64,000 bases of DNA from Trichoplax adhaerens (lineage: Eukaryota > Animalia > Placozoa), in NCBI RefSeq assembly GCF_000150275.1, contig NW_002060944.1, positions 4,468,123 through 4,532,122 of the forward strand, in the 5' to 3' direction. How positions within the stretch are numbered: position 1 is the stretch's first letter; each line of letters starts with the position of its first letter. Of this stretch, positions 1 through 16,030 are shown in pieces. The translations under genes and the position numbers were made by a program. The notes below the pieces were generated by a model. The model did not search any database and had not been told where the DNA came from. It was given only the letters and a program-made list of their open reading frames with translations.

Positions 1-2601
<2,601 letters not shown>

Positions 2602-4144
2602 TGTGAGCAATTTACAGGTTAATCAAAATGCTCCTTCACTAATTGGCAACACCATTTACTCGAACTGACTCGATCGTTGCAAATGCTGCTCATAGGAATA
2701 CTCAGTATTCGCGGGCAGTGAGACTTTTAAAGAGCTCTTAGGATTTCGGAATTCAAATAGGGAACTCCAATTAACTACTCGGTGTCAATTATTTGTTGTA
2801 TTCGCCAAAAGAAGTTGACAAGACTATCAAGGAGAATGACCAACAATCGCTATCGGTTGCTAGGCGAATGATTGCAGAAGCTTGATTATAAAATCCAAAT
2901 CATTTATTATGACACGAAATCGCATACAAGAGGCTAATCATCGATAAATGAATGATCAGCTTGAGCTTATAACAATAATTAGTGTAGAAATCGAGACGAG
3001 CTAGCAGTTGGAACAGTCTAGTTGGTTTCTAATGTTGATAGAGCACAAATCGGTCGGGAAAATTACTGCTCCAAATGAGCGAATATTTCCAGTTGTCGTG
3101 TAGAAGAAGGTAGCAGCTGCGATGGCAGCTCGTATCTGCTACCAAAACAGTATAGTGCTCCGGACTGATGTCCGCTATATAGCGTATTGTATTAAAGGGC
3201 TTGATCATTTAACAACGTATGCAAATGATCTTTTTAAGGAAAGTACTGTGCAGTACAGAGCGTGATCGGGCCATTTCATATACACACTCATAAATTACTT
3301 ATTAAGGTAGCAGTTTTGAGGTAAAACTATGGCAAATATAGGGCTGGTTAATTATGGAATTAGAAGAGAATAAAAATCACCATGTACAGTATGTAACTGT
3401 ACTAATATCAATCTCTTCAGTGTAGTGTAAAGTAAAGCAAAAGATGCATGTCGACAGTGATATGCCACACTACTGGATGCATCAAGTGCAGCTGTTGTAG
3501 TACAAGTAGAATTTGTGCTCAGCGTTGGAGATGCTATCAAATACCTGCAAACCTAACCGTAGTCCTCAATTAAATACTGTTACAGCTGTTAACTACTACG
3601 GGGTTATCCAGGAGGATGGGTAGCGATATCAAGTTAAGAGCGTGGACAACAGCCAAGAGCAAAAGAGTAGAGCATGTACATACCAAAACATGACTAACGT
3701 AGACCCTAGTAAATACGAGTCGATGCTACAATTAACCTTAAGGGATACTTTGTATATGGTTAGAAGAATGATTTTCAAACTGTGCAACTAGTGCATCATT
3801 ATTCTAAATGGCATATACACGCACTAGCTTAACGTGCAAACGATTCGCTGACAGATACTACATTTAACTTTTCAATTTCGTATATAATGATTGTATCGAT
3901 TTACGTACTTTGACAGGTTCATATTCTACAGAGTACTGTAGCCTACTTTAAATGCAAATTAGTCAATACACCATAAATTATAGGCTACAGTTAGTGATTG
4001 ATTGTAAAGATTCATAAACGAAATGATGGAATTGCACAGTTACTAAAGTACTAGAGTTGAAACGCGATACCGTTCTTTATTTTCCAATTCAACATATACA
4101 GGTATAAAATGTGTTTTACATAATTCACATTTTAATGACAATAT

Positions 4145-4893
4145 TTAAGCGCTCTTGATTTGCTTTCTGCGGGATTTTCTCTTTTTACCCAAGTTCTTTC
4201 CAGATTGACTACGGAGAATGGCGCTAGTACGACGGATGGCGTCCTATATTATAGTAAGGCAAAAGATTACAACTGGTGAGATGCTAATGTTATTTGACGG
4301 CACAGAACGTATAAAATTCAATGCAGTGGAAAAAGTAACTACGGTATCTAATTTTATATTATACTATGATTATAGAGAATATACATACAAGCAAACAATC
4401 AATAAATTGACAAATTATTAAAGATATTCGTTTACCTGCTCTAAGTCCACTCTGTAAGATCCGCTTCTTAAAATCTTTCTAACGCTTGATATTGAGCGGC
4501 GTCCATTGCTATCAATCGTTGTGGATGATTGCAGCCTAGCTGGCTTGTTAAAACCTTTTGATTTTCTTAATGATAGGACAACACCTTTACCATCCTTGTT
4601 GGGTGCAATGCCAACGGTTTTTTTATTCACGAGGCCGCTACATCTGTAAGTGTGCCTGTTCGTCAGGTTGTTTGATTCCTAAGATTGCATTATAAATGAT
4701 TGAAGCATCAAATTAGTGTTTATGAGTGATAGGTAAGAGAACTCTTGATCAACGCTTACTATGACCCTAGAACTACATTGAGCATCGCAAATAGTCGCGC
4801 TTTGTAAGTTACCTTAGTGAATGTAGTGCCTTGGTTCTTGACGGTAAAAGCGGTATGCTTGCGAAGAACTTCCCACAATAAATCTGACGACAT
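4145..4893 (-). CDS. RPL28: 60S ribosomal protein L28 (3 coding exons)
   Basis: MSSDLLWEVLRKHTAFTVKNQGTTFTK / ESNNLTNRHTYRCSGLVNKKTVGIAPNKDGKGVVLSLRK...YRVDLEQ / DAIRRTSAILRSQ...KSA*, a typical eL28 sequence. Confidence 0.95.
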
Positions 4894-5973
4894 GTTTACT
4901 GCAAGAATTTTATGAGCTATTAGATAAGATTTATATTGTACTAAAATTAGTGGCCGCAAGTTTTCATCGAAATTGATATATATATATATATTTGTAAACT
5001 CTTTACAAAGCACACATCATAGAATAGTAAATGGAAATTATTCGTAGTAGCCACATTCAAGTAAAGAAATTATAGTTGAAGAGCATACTACACATACGCT
5101 ATAGCTATCACACGCAAGGATAAAATGTGAGTGCAAAATTGTTGAATCTGTAGCATAAGTAGTAGTAGGTAGGCCATCATTAAGAATTCTTTGCGGTAAT
5201 AGTTGTACAATATTAACTGTGGCATGTTTTCAGCATTCGTATTTCAAAAATGATATCAGTTCTCGTTGATTGCATTTGAATTATAACGATTGAGACTGTC
5301 CGATGCGATCAAGGGCATGATTGAAATGTATTCTACTACTAGTGAGACATCTTGGTACTATTACTAATAATTAATAGAATCAAGACTACACGCAGAATGC
5401 TTCCACAATAACAAAAAGTAATAAAACCACCATGTAGCATCCTATAACAGGCAATTACAAGCTTTAAAATTGGAGGCCAGTTTCCTAGACATAGCTTTAA
5501 GTTAATCAGTTTACGTGGTGGACTAGCATCATGCTGTCCATAGAATAAGTAACACTGTCAGGGGTAGGATACGGTAGTAGAATGCTGTTCAGGCGTAGTG
5601 CCTATAAGCTACATTAGAATATAGTAAAAGTACCAAGTGCTATCGATTACTGACGAATGTTTCTTCGAAACTGATCATGATCTTGATTTTAGAATTATCC
5701 CATCATTCTTTAATATTAATTACAAACGCTATACTATAAGAATCGATCGCAAAAGGCGTCTACTAGAGTACTCGTTGACCATTCTACCAAGTCGTATTGA
5801 CAATAATATCGTCAAGGCTTTTTAAAATGAATCCTTAGTATAAATTATAACTAGTCATCTCACCCTTTTCTACATTATAGGGTAGTCTATCATATAAGGA
5901 ATCATTATAAAGAGAGAATAGAAATAAAATGTCTTTTAATCTTGCGAATATTAACTTACAACGACGAACTTAC

Positions 5974-6025
5974 CAGTTGATCAGAGTAATGGCGTAGCGA
6001 CCACGAGGCCAGAAAAAAAGAAGGA
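5974..6025 (-). promoter_or_regulatory. Putative non-coding first exon of RPL28 with a 5'TOP-like pyrimidine tract
   Basis: On the minus strand: a 15-nt pyrimidine run TCCTTCTTTTTTTCT (6025-6011), then YY1-like CGCCATT, then donor CTG|GTAAGT at 5973. An acceptor TTGCAG lies just before the RPL28 ATG. Confidence 0.7.
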
Positions 6026-6181
6026 TGCGAAAACTGCCCAATGCGCAAGTCACCAATTTAGCAGGAGTCGATGACGCTTAGGCGAGTGTGCGTATTGAGG
6101 TCGTGCGTTGTCTGTATCTTACCTACTGTACTACGCAGATTCTTGTTATAGTACAGTAGTAGGATGCATACACATAACAGC

Positions 6182-7387
6182 GATACAGTAGAGTAAAATG
6201 ACCAGAAAAAATTTCTGATCCTTGAATTTTCCACACACGGTATGATGCATAGTTAGCTAATGCATGACTATAGTAATAATAATAACTAACTATTTAAATA
6301 ATTATTAATAACTACTGCACTTAGCTTCCACGAATATTTAATTAGTAGATTTGTAGATACAGTAGAGTAAAATGACCAGAAAAAAATTTCTGATCCTTAA
6401 ATTTTCCACACACGGAATGATGCATAGTTAGCTAATGCATGACTATAGTAATAATAACTATTTAAATAGTTATTAATAACAACTACTGCACTTAGCTTCC
6501 ACGAATTAATTAGTAGATCTGAAGATACAGTAGAGTAAAATGACCAGAAAAAAATTTCTGATCCTTGAATTTTCCACACACGGAATGATGTATAGTTAGC
6601 TAATGCATGACTATAGCAATAATAACTGTTTAAATAATTATTAATAATAACTACTGCACTTAGCTTCCACGAATTAATTAGTAGATCTGTAGATACAGTA
6701 GAGTAAAATGACCAGAAAAAAATTTCTGATCCTTAAATTTTCCACACACGGTATGATGCATAGTTAGCTAATGCATGACTATAGTAATAATAACTATTTA
6801 AATAATTATTAATAACAACTACTGCACTTAACAACAACTGCACTTAGCTTCCACGAATTAATTAGTAGATCTGTAGATACAGTAAAGTAAAATGACCAGA
6901 AAAAAATTTCTGATCCTTGAATTTTCCACACACGGAATGATGCATAGTTAGCTAATGCATAACTATAGTAATAATAACTATTTAAATAATTATTAATAAC
7001 AACTACTACACTTAGCTTCCACGAATATTTAATTAGTAGATCTGTAGATACAGTAAAGTAAAATGACCAGAAAAAAATTTCTGATCCTTGAATTTTCCAC
7101 ACACGGAAGGATGCATAGTTAGCTAATGTATGACTATAATAATAATAATAACTATTTAAATAATTATTAATAACAACTACTACACTTAGCTTCCACGAAT
7201 TAATTAGTAGATCTGTAGATACAGTAGAGTAAAATGACCAGAAAAAAATTTCTGATCCTTGAATTTTCCATACACGGAATGATGCATAGTTAGCTAATGT
7301 ATGACTATAATAATAATAACTATTTAAATAATTATTAATGACAGCTACTGCACTTAGCTTCCACGAATTAATTAGTAGACCTGGATA
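6182..7387. repeat. Tandem array A: 7 copies of a ~168-174 bp unit (one copy 184 bp)
   Basis: The anchor GATACAGTA recurs at 6182, 6356, 6524, 6692, 6876, 7047 and 7218. The units are highly similar. Confidence 0.97.
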
Positions 7388-8899
7388 GTATGATGATCAA
7401 AGTAGAGTATGCGTAAAAGTCTGCAACTCAAAAATTCCAGTTTTTATCGCTATTCCTCGAATCGATTCTCCGCCTCGAACTACCCTGTGTCTACCCGCGT
7501 CCACCTATTTTAATTAAATAAGTTCTCAATTTCGTAATTTCAGCAACTCTTGACGTACAGTATGTGGCCCCAATGGGTGCTGCTCATCATCAAGACAACG
7601 CTTGAGCAGTAAAGTGGCGTTCAGTGGCTCAACACTGCAGTAAAATCTAAGTTGAAAGTTTGCATGATATTGAAGTTAGTTAAATGACGTCGTATTATCG
7701 CAAATTGCCTATTGCACATAGGCTATAAGTATCCTAATGTAGTTAGAAGTCAGCCAGAGTTGACATTAGATGTTACTATTTCAATCGGGTAATCGCCCCC
7801 CCCTTTTAGAACTGCTATCGAAAACAGCACCTAACTAGGCTTGGAGGATGACTATGTAGAAGTATAGTTTCTCAGGAATTCCGTTGCATTTGTAATCTTA
7901 GTATGATGAGAAAAAAATCGAATTATGATTAGTATCCACTGAAGATGGACTACGATCTTGCATGCGTACACAATTACACACTATTATGAAACTCGAATAA
8001 AGTGCAGTATAGGGTTTAGTATGCGTAAAGCACTTTTTACCTCCTATTTTTAGACTAGTCGATCGAAGGGTAGTAATGCGGATATGCTCACTGACTGACT
8101 TGGTCAGTCTTCAGTTATATTTTGGTAATGGTATGCCTAGCGACTCAATAAAAGCCTAAATAAAAAGATAACACTGAGAGGGCTTAAAATCGTTATAGAT
8201 GAACGATGGATTATTTAATCCTATACCATTAACTATAAGTCTGTCATTCATAGTACAGTATATAGTAAACCTATTGAGATTTATTCAGAGCATACAGGTA
8301 GAGTAGTCAACGACTTCAAAAGTTATACTGTAGTAACTTAGCAATCGAATAGACTATCGTATACAAGATTATAACGTAATTTACATAGTAACTACGGTAG
8401 TTCAGGCCACCGAGCCTAAGATGGCTACTACTGAGACTTCTCACAAAGTTAGTACTTCACAATACATACTATCGATAAAATACATTTTCCTAGCAATAAA
8501 GAATTCTACGAGTACACATTTAAAAAGTTTTTTAATTCACATGCATGGGCTTCATTTAGAGTTTAAATGTTTCATAATTTATAGCGAGATTGTTATCATA
8601 ATAGCAATTCGTAATTCTATTATATAATCGATATCAAAGATATAGTTATAATTTCAATAACATATTTACAGAATCAAGATACTATACAATGTTGAGTGTT
8701 AATAAGAAAGTAAATTATAGTCATACGTGTACTTTATAAAATTTCAGGCTATTCACAAAGTTCGATAGCTTTACTTTAGATGCAAATTTGAACACAACTA
8801 TCGCAGCTGTTTATAGTAATCGAAAAACATAAAATCTAAGAAACTATATAAAAGGCATAAGCTTTATAGCAGTTTGACGTTGGAAATGCGTGCGTTGCA

Positions 8900-9383
8900 T
8901 TTATTAGCATTTAGTCAAGGTTAGTTTCATTGGCCTATTTGGAGTTAAAGTTATTCTATTTGTCGCCTCTATTTCATGAAGGCTGCTGCAGCCGATGACA
9001 AACCTAATAGAAATATTTTGATCAAAAATTAGTATTAATATAACCTAAAATGAATAATTCTTGCGTATATTATATTAATTATTTATTTTAAACAGAATGA
9101 ATTACTATTTTACTTAAGGAGCTCTAATAATCTTCGATGTATTATCTGTTTCACTCCCTAGTAATTTAATTACCTTAGCTAGTAGAAGGTGCATCTCCAG
9201 CTCTGCAATACGTCGGCCAATACACATTCGAGGTCCAAAATCGAATGGAACAAACTTAAATCCAACCCTTCCGACACTTTCTAGGTGGATTCCTTTTATC
9301 CAGCGTTCAGGTTTAAATATCTCGGGTTCCGGATAAATTGACTCATTGCGAAACACCTCATACAGGCAAGCTATAACTGTCGT
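8900..9383 (-). pseudogene. Partial duplicate of the last two exons of the adjacent cytochrome P450
   Basis: 9383-9174 encodes TTVIACLYEVFRNESIYPEPEIFKPERWIK...FVPFDFGPRMCIGRRIAELEMHLLLAK, a close copy of exon 11490-11280. The next exon copy lacks 11 nt (ATGGTTAAAAG), causing a frameshift. No copies of the upstream exons were seen. Confidence 0.75.
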
Positions 9384-10977
9384 CTGTTTTTACAGGTTAG
9401 AGTGCAACTACAATCGTAACCAAAAATTGATTTTTTTTGTGATGCAAGACTCGCAAGTATTGCTTAATGTTCGTTAGTACCAGCCAAAGCCCACTGAATA
9501 AGGGAATGACCGAATACCTTGGTCATTTCCCAGCGTATTTATCAATTTTTTATGTTCTGTACAGTACTTAGTGGTACCAAAGGCAAACAGTAGTACTGCC
9601 TAATGTCTGTTACTCCATTGATATAAAATTAACGTATAGGATTGTAAGTACAGACTTTATACAAGATTTCAATACCTAAAAGTAAAGGTTATATGCATAG
9701 TTTATGTGTTTAGTTATCATATATGTTATGTATGATAATATAATTATTGGACTCGACTTCACTCGTATATATGATATAAGATTTGTATGGACGTTAGAAC
9801 TTCATATTTTAATTATAACAGCTAAAAGCCTACAGCAATATAAAACGTCATACATATACGATCATAATTATCTCGCATTGCATACTGCACAGAAACTTCG
9901 ATTGATTGCCAAAATATAAACTGTTATTACAGTTAATCTAGTTAATGAAATACTGTTTAGCATTGTCAATGCACTAACAATAGTATTATCGGCTAAATAC
10001 AGCAAAATGAGATCATACAGAGCTATTTAAGTATTGATATCCCCTTTATACTCAAGGAAAGGAGTACTTTATAACTAACGTAATTGCTGTCTGGGTTATT
10101 GTCATTGTTGTGATTCGAGTGATTAAGTAGAGCAGCCCTTTAGAAATCTATTTCGTCTGCTAGTGATGACAGTACAAGCTAGTAACAGAATTTTGGTAAT
10201 CATCGTTATTAAAATTAGTTTATTATTATTATTTAACATATTATGTAAGGATATCTTCTATGTGCAATTTTATATTTTGCACTTGCTTTCCTCCTTCTTA
10301 AACTAACTAGTCAAGCAAAAGGTAATGTAACACTGTAAAGTTATTTACCTGAGAATTCTGTAATTAGTATTATAGCTCAAATACATGCATGTCAAATACG
10401 ATAATATTGAGATAAATCTAATATCTTAAGGATAAATTGCTGTAATTCTAAATTATCAACTAAATTGTCACAACACAATATAATAAAACATTAACGGGAA
10501 TTTATTTAGAAATTTTAGTTATACCATCAATAAAAGATATTTCCTAACAATTAGTTGCATATATTTTAAAGCTCCTTTTCAATTGTATCCATTGGTAAGG
10601 TAAGGAATTATCTTATTCAACGTTAAGATAAACTGCATCTATTCAACAATGTAACTTACAGTGCCAACATTAAGTTATTAACAATTTATAATTCTATGAT
10701 CAATTTCAAGGTATGGCAATCCATGAAGTATCTTAATATAAAATTAAAAAACTACACAAAACTCGAGTATTTTTAAAGAAATAAAACTTTAATGACGCCT
10801 TTTAAATTTCATACTCTTTAAATGGTCGGATAGCTTGACTTGAAATGTGGATTTAAGTTACCAAAACCACGACTTCTTGTGGCTGTCAAGTAATGTAGTG
10901 GCGAATGTAAATAAACGTTTATATTAAATGTATTAAACTAAATACAGGTTAAAATACTGAAAATACATGGCTTGCAT

Positions 10978-13900
10978 TTATTGACGTTCAGTTAAGGTTA
11001 GCTTCATTGGCCTATCTGGAGTTAAAGTTACTCTATTGATCGCTTCTATTTCATCAAGGTTATTGCAGCCGATGACAAACCTTTTAACCATCTAATAAAA
11101 TATTTCGATCAAAAATTTTATAAATTTCTTTTATTATAACTTAAAATGAAAAATTGTTGTGTATGTTATATTAATACTTACTTTAGCGAGAATGGATCAT
11201 ACTGTACTATGTTAATTAAAGAGCTCTAGTAATCTTCGATGTATTAACTATCTGTATCATTTCCTGCTAATTTAATTACCTTAGCCAGTAGAAGATGCAT
11301 CTCTAGTTCTGCAATACGTCGTCCAATACACATTCGAGGTCCAAAACCGAATGGAAGAAACTTAAATCCAGCTCTTCCGATACTTTCTGGGTGGGTTCCT
11401 TTTATCCAACGTTCAGGTTTAAATATTTCGGGTTCCGGGTAAATTGATTCATTATGAAATGGTTCGTATATATTAGTAATAACTGGCGTCTAATAAAACA
11501 AATTCTTAGTTATTGTACGTACGAATCATGTACATCAAAGGATTATTTGTTTTATTTTGTAGGATTAAATTAAAAAGAAAGAATCAGCTTTTCTTAAATC
11601 ATTTTCGAGAATTTACATTAGCAGGAACATGATAACCACTTAATACCACATCTTCTTTTACTATTCTAGACAGATTAATGAGTACCGGATACAGCCTAAA
11701 AATGAGTAGAGGAAATCTCAGTAATATATTAATATAAAACTGAGCTTTGTATAAAATTATACGTCTTGAAATTATTATTGGAAATCTATACCATTGACTA
11801 AGTACGTAATAAAAATTTTAACATAGTTCAATCCATATACAGTATACCTCATCGATTCTTTGATACAGGCTCTTAAATATGGTGCGTTATGTACGGTTAC
11901 GGCATCTGGTTCTTCTCCGTCTTTTAATACTTGTGAAATCTCTTGGTAAAGCTTTTCTTGGGCTTCCGGATACTGCGATAGTAGTAACATAGTCCAACTA
12001 ATAGTATTTGCCGTCTGATTTCATATAATATAACAACAGTACTTTTTATTATGTATATTATATCATAGTTGTATATAATACAATTATGAGTATGGTGAGA
12101 GAGAAACAGTTTAGATTGAAGAAAGAATATCGTTTACTTTTGAAAATATTAGTAAAATTCATTACCGTATCAGAGGCTCCTATCATTAGTTCTAATAGTG
12201 TTATATTTAATTGTACGTCCGATAAATTACTTCGACGTAATACATCGGTTAAGAAATCGACATTATCATCGTCGTTGATGTTTGTATCCATAGATTTTAA
12301 TTCTTCCTTTCTTTCTTGGATAATTTGTAGACCTATTTCATACATAGTATCCCAATGGCTACAAAATTCTTTCCAGAAGCGTGTCTTTATGTACTTATAA
12401 TAAGGAGGAAAGATAAGCAATGATGCACTTTTTTCCATCATATTCGTCAGAGCTTTATAGAATGCTTCACCGCGTTGGCTAGGCGGATAGTCGAGGCAAC
12501 CAATTCGTTTATCGAATATTATACTTAGAACGGCTATAGTGAGATTAAGTGTTTAATTAATAAAATTTTACAGATTTGTATGAATTTTTAGCATCATTTT
12601 CTACAATTGGAAGTATACGAGTAAATTACAAATGTAACATTATACAAACATTATACAAACTAAAATAAAACGTTATAAGATAAAAACATGATGAATGACT
12701 TAGGCGAACGTGCGATTCATAGATTTCTTATTCTAATTTAGCGGAGTATTTGCACCTCGAGATTATATTCAGAATATGAACTGGCTATAATTCATTTATC
12801 TACATCGCGAATAGCTCAATAAATAGCAATAACTCAATTATAGAATAATGCCGGATTGTAATACCGAGCTATGTTAACTTACTTTCTAACGACCATCTAA
12901 ACGTTTGGCTTTCAAAACCGAGAATCTCATTATCGACGCCGTGTTTACCTCTTATATGCAGTAAATAATTAATGAAATCATCGATAACTTGATTCATAGT
13001 TTTAGCGTAGCTTTGGACATCCTTCAATTTGAGCAATCTCTTATCGACGGCGCTACGAGTTTCTTTCCATTCCTCGTCATTCCTACATTCGTAAATTGAA
13101 GGAATTTAAATTATAAATTAATGTTATGAAATCTGATGTAGTATCGGTAGAAAGTTCAGTTATGCTGAGTATGATTATGCTTTATAGGTTATTATTAGAT
13201 TGAAGGTATCGATATATGTGTTACTGCCATTACTGATTGTAGGTAATACTACCTCCGAAGTTAGTATACCGCTTTCGAGTTACCATCTATATCATATATA
13301 GTACAAATAGAGTTTTAGCGAGCTCGGTGGACACATAAATATAACTTTGAAAAGCATATCGCAGTAGTAGTTATTATTAACAATATGATAGCATTACTAG
13401 CTCCATGGATTATCCAAATTTTCATTAATTGATGAGACTATAGCTTAGCACTTGAATTTACTTTGTTGTTGTCGTTATAATTATACGAGTACATTGTCAA
13501 CAGAAGGAGCTCAACGTAGTTTAATATCTAAATGTCTTATTTCATTTTATTTCCTAATCGAATTCTCGAAAAGATTGCAGGGTGTGATACTTTAAAATAC
13601 AATATGAGCACTATTCAGTGTAAAATTAATTTACGCATTGCCGGTTGTGTCTCTAGTGAGGTTTAGAAATTGCACTTTAGTAGACTATTAGTATTCTTCT
13701 TCTTCTTATTGCACTACGTTTATACCCGGAGTTCAAACTATCTGGGTCTACTCGTTTATTTAACGAACACATTGCATCCAGAATAAAGTTTGAGGTGATG
13801 ATTGATTACTTAGAGATGATAGCAGTAAAGAAGTCCTCAAATGGATACAGTGATGCAGTGAAACTCCAAGGCAGTAGATGAGGGAGATTACTTACGCTAA

Positions 13901-14356
13901 TAGTACACCCAATGGTAATTTCCTTTCTTCTCTGTAATATGACCAAGGACCAATATCGAACCTTCTAGGATATTTTCCCTCGGCTCGATAAGCACGTTCA
14001 ATATCTTTAGGATCGGATACCAGAACGAATTCAGTTCCACCAAAATTACTTTTCACGATGGGCCCGCTAGCTTGAAACATATCTCTTATAGCAAGATGCG
14101 CTTTCTGTGTCATGTACTTAAAATTGCGTATCGCGAATATTATATTTCGCAGTGATGTAGTATCTGATCCCGGTATTTGATCGAATGGCTTAATTCCATC
14201 GTTGGATGTTGGAGAGGCGTGAACTTTAGGATCAACTTGGTGTAGGTTTAACGACATATGCAAATAACAGGGCAAGATTCTTCCATGGAAACGATGCTGT
14301 CTATAGATCTGCCTTGACAGAATATCAACGCCTCTATCCAACGACAACCGTAGCAT
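10978..14356 (-). CDS. Cytochrome P450, mitochondrial clan (CYP27/24/11-like), 7 exons
   Basis: Arg-rich presequence-like N-terminus, KPFDQIPG and EGKYPRR motifs, I-helix ELMIGASDT/TAN, K-helix KESMR, PERW, and heme motif FGFGPRMCIG. The last exon is MVKRF...TERQ*. Confidence 0.92.
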
Positions 14357-15349
14357 TTTCTATAGTTTTTTTCCCCTTTTGGGCTAATTAGTAGTCGACT
14401 AGAAAGATTATTTATTTATACAGAGGTTGTAATGTAAAAGTTGCCAAGTGTAGCTGATATGAAACCTTTATAAGTGTTCACTAACGTTTACTAACTGTAA
14501 ATATACCTTGTACAGAGATGGGCAATATCTCGTCGTATAACTAATTATCGACTGTTTTATAGTACAGTATGTAGTGTAAACAGTAGTGAGGATAGATCGT
14601 GAAGAGAATAACCCCTTGGAATGACTATAGACAGCAGAAATTGATGGACTTTAAATGGATAACAAATGTCTAGAATACATTAGTATATGACTGTATACTA
14701 AAGAAGAGCTTGCCACTGTATCCGTACAGCAAGCAGTATAGTGTATGGTTCAATGCTGTACGGATATGATTTTGTACGGTATAATAGCTAACATTACAAT
14801 GCTTGGATTAAATGATTAGCAAGATGGCTACTCGTTCTCTAGTCTCCCGAACGGTTTTATTAATGTTTTAAACATTGCTAATTTTTGAGTAATCTAAGAT
14901 AGTTCACTGCAGCTTGATATCAGTCAGCCTAAAATCAATAGGGTTCTTAAGTAAGACAGTAGTATGTTTCAAGATTGCTTTTACTACTTATCGTCGTTGG
15001 CCGATTAATTATCTCCTTACGTAGGTGAAAGTTTTCTGTTTTTGTATCGAAAGCCTTTAAAGACTTCAATATTCAGTTAAAATCTCTCCATGAATATGTT
15101 CGATATTCGTGAATAGCGACGGTAAATTCTTCCTTTTATAGACCAGTAATCGGGTATAATAAACCTACAATTGTTAATGTATTACTTGCAGATCAAAATT
15201 AATTACACCTCATTGAAAAAATTTCGAAGATTGATGGCTCTTGTCGATTTTAAGTATGTTTATGATCATGGTAGACTTCAATGTCTTTCCTTATCCAAGG
15301 ATAAATAGCATGCTAAAATATCAGGCACATACAATAACTTAATAGTTCG

Positions 15350-16030
15350 TTGGCAAAGCTAACTTTATTTAATTCATAGAATAACGGAAAAGTGTGTATT
15401 GAAATATTAAGCGCATGCGATAATTGAGCAGTTTATGAACAAGGCCAACTTTGTCAAATTCTTATAGTGAAGTAAAATTGTATTTAAAACATGAAGCATG
15501 TGCAATAAATAAACAGTTTACTAATAAGGTTAACGTTACTAAATAGAACTTGTATTTGAAGATAGGGAGTATATGCAGTTCATTAACGATTTACTAACCG
15601 GAGTGAGATATCAAATTCTTAGTAAGGTTAAGATTGCAAAAATGTGCAATATCTTCTGCTTATATTAGTAGAAATTATATGTCAAAGGATTAAGCGCACG
15701 CATTACATTAACGATTTACATGTTAACCAGGATTAACTTTATCAAATTTTAAGAAGGTTATAAGTTTAAAAATGCTGTATAATATCTCCTAAGCGTATTA
15801 ATGAAAAATTGTGTATTAAAATATTAAGCAAATGTAATAGATTAGTAGGTTTATTAGCAAGATTAACTTTAGCGGATATTTAGTATGGTAAGGATTTTAA
15901 ATGCAATGCCACTTGTGAATAGAAAATGTATATTAATATACTAAATATGCAATACATTACAATGTCTCTCCTACTTAATGAAAAACTGTATATAAAAGAT
16001 CAACATATGGGATAAATTAATATTACCTAA
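15350..16030. repeat. Degenerate tandem array, ~125-140 bp period, about 4-5 decayed copies
   Basis: Recurrent blocks: GTGTATT(G/A)AAATATTAAGC (~15395, ~15811), ATTAAGC at 15406/15689/15823, CATTAACGATTTAC at 15581/15706, and GATTAACTTTA at ~15731/15861. Confidence 0.65.

Noticed and set aside
4900-5970. Intronic snoRNA in the long first intron of RPL28
   Set aside because: No convincing C/D box pair was found on the sense strand. H/ACA RNAs cannot be assessed by eye.
6397-7102. Repeated ORFs MWKIQGSEIFFW... on the minus strand
   Set aside because: These are by-products of array A with GTG starts, stops in other copies and no protein-like features.
12086-12400. 104-aa + strand ORF and similar short ORFs in the track
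   Set aside because: These are antisense shadows of real exons or random ORFs in introns, with no recognisable domains.
15380-15430. NGKVCIEILS peptide resembling an E2 ubiquitin-conjugating active site
   Set aside because: It is flanked by stops, lacks the HPN motif and lies within a degenerate non-coding repeat.
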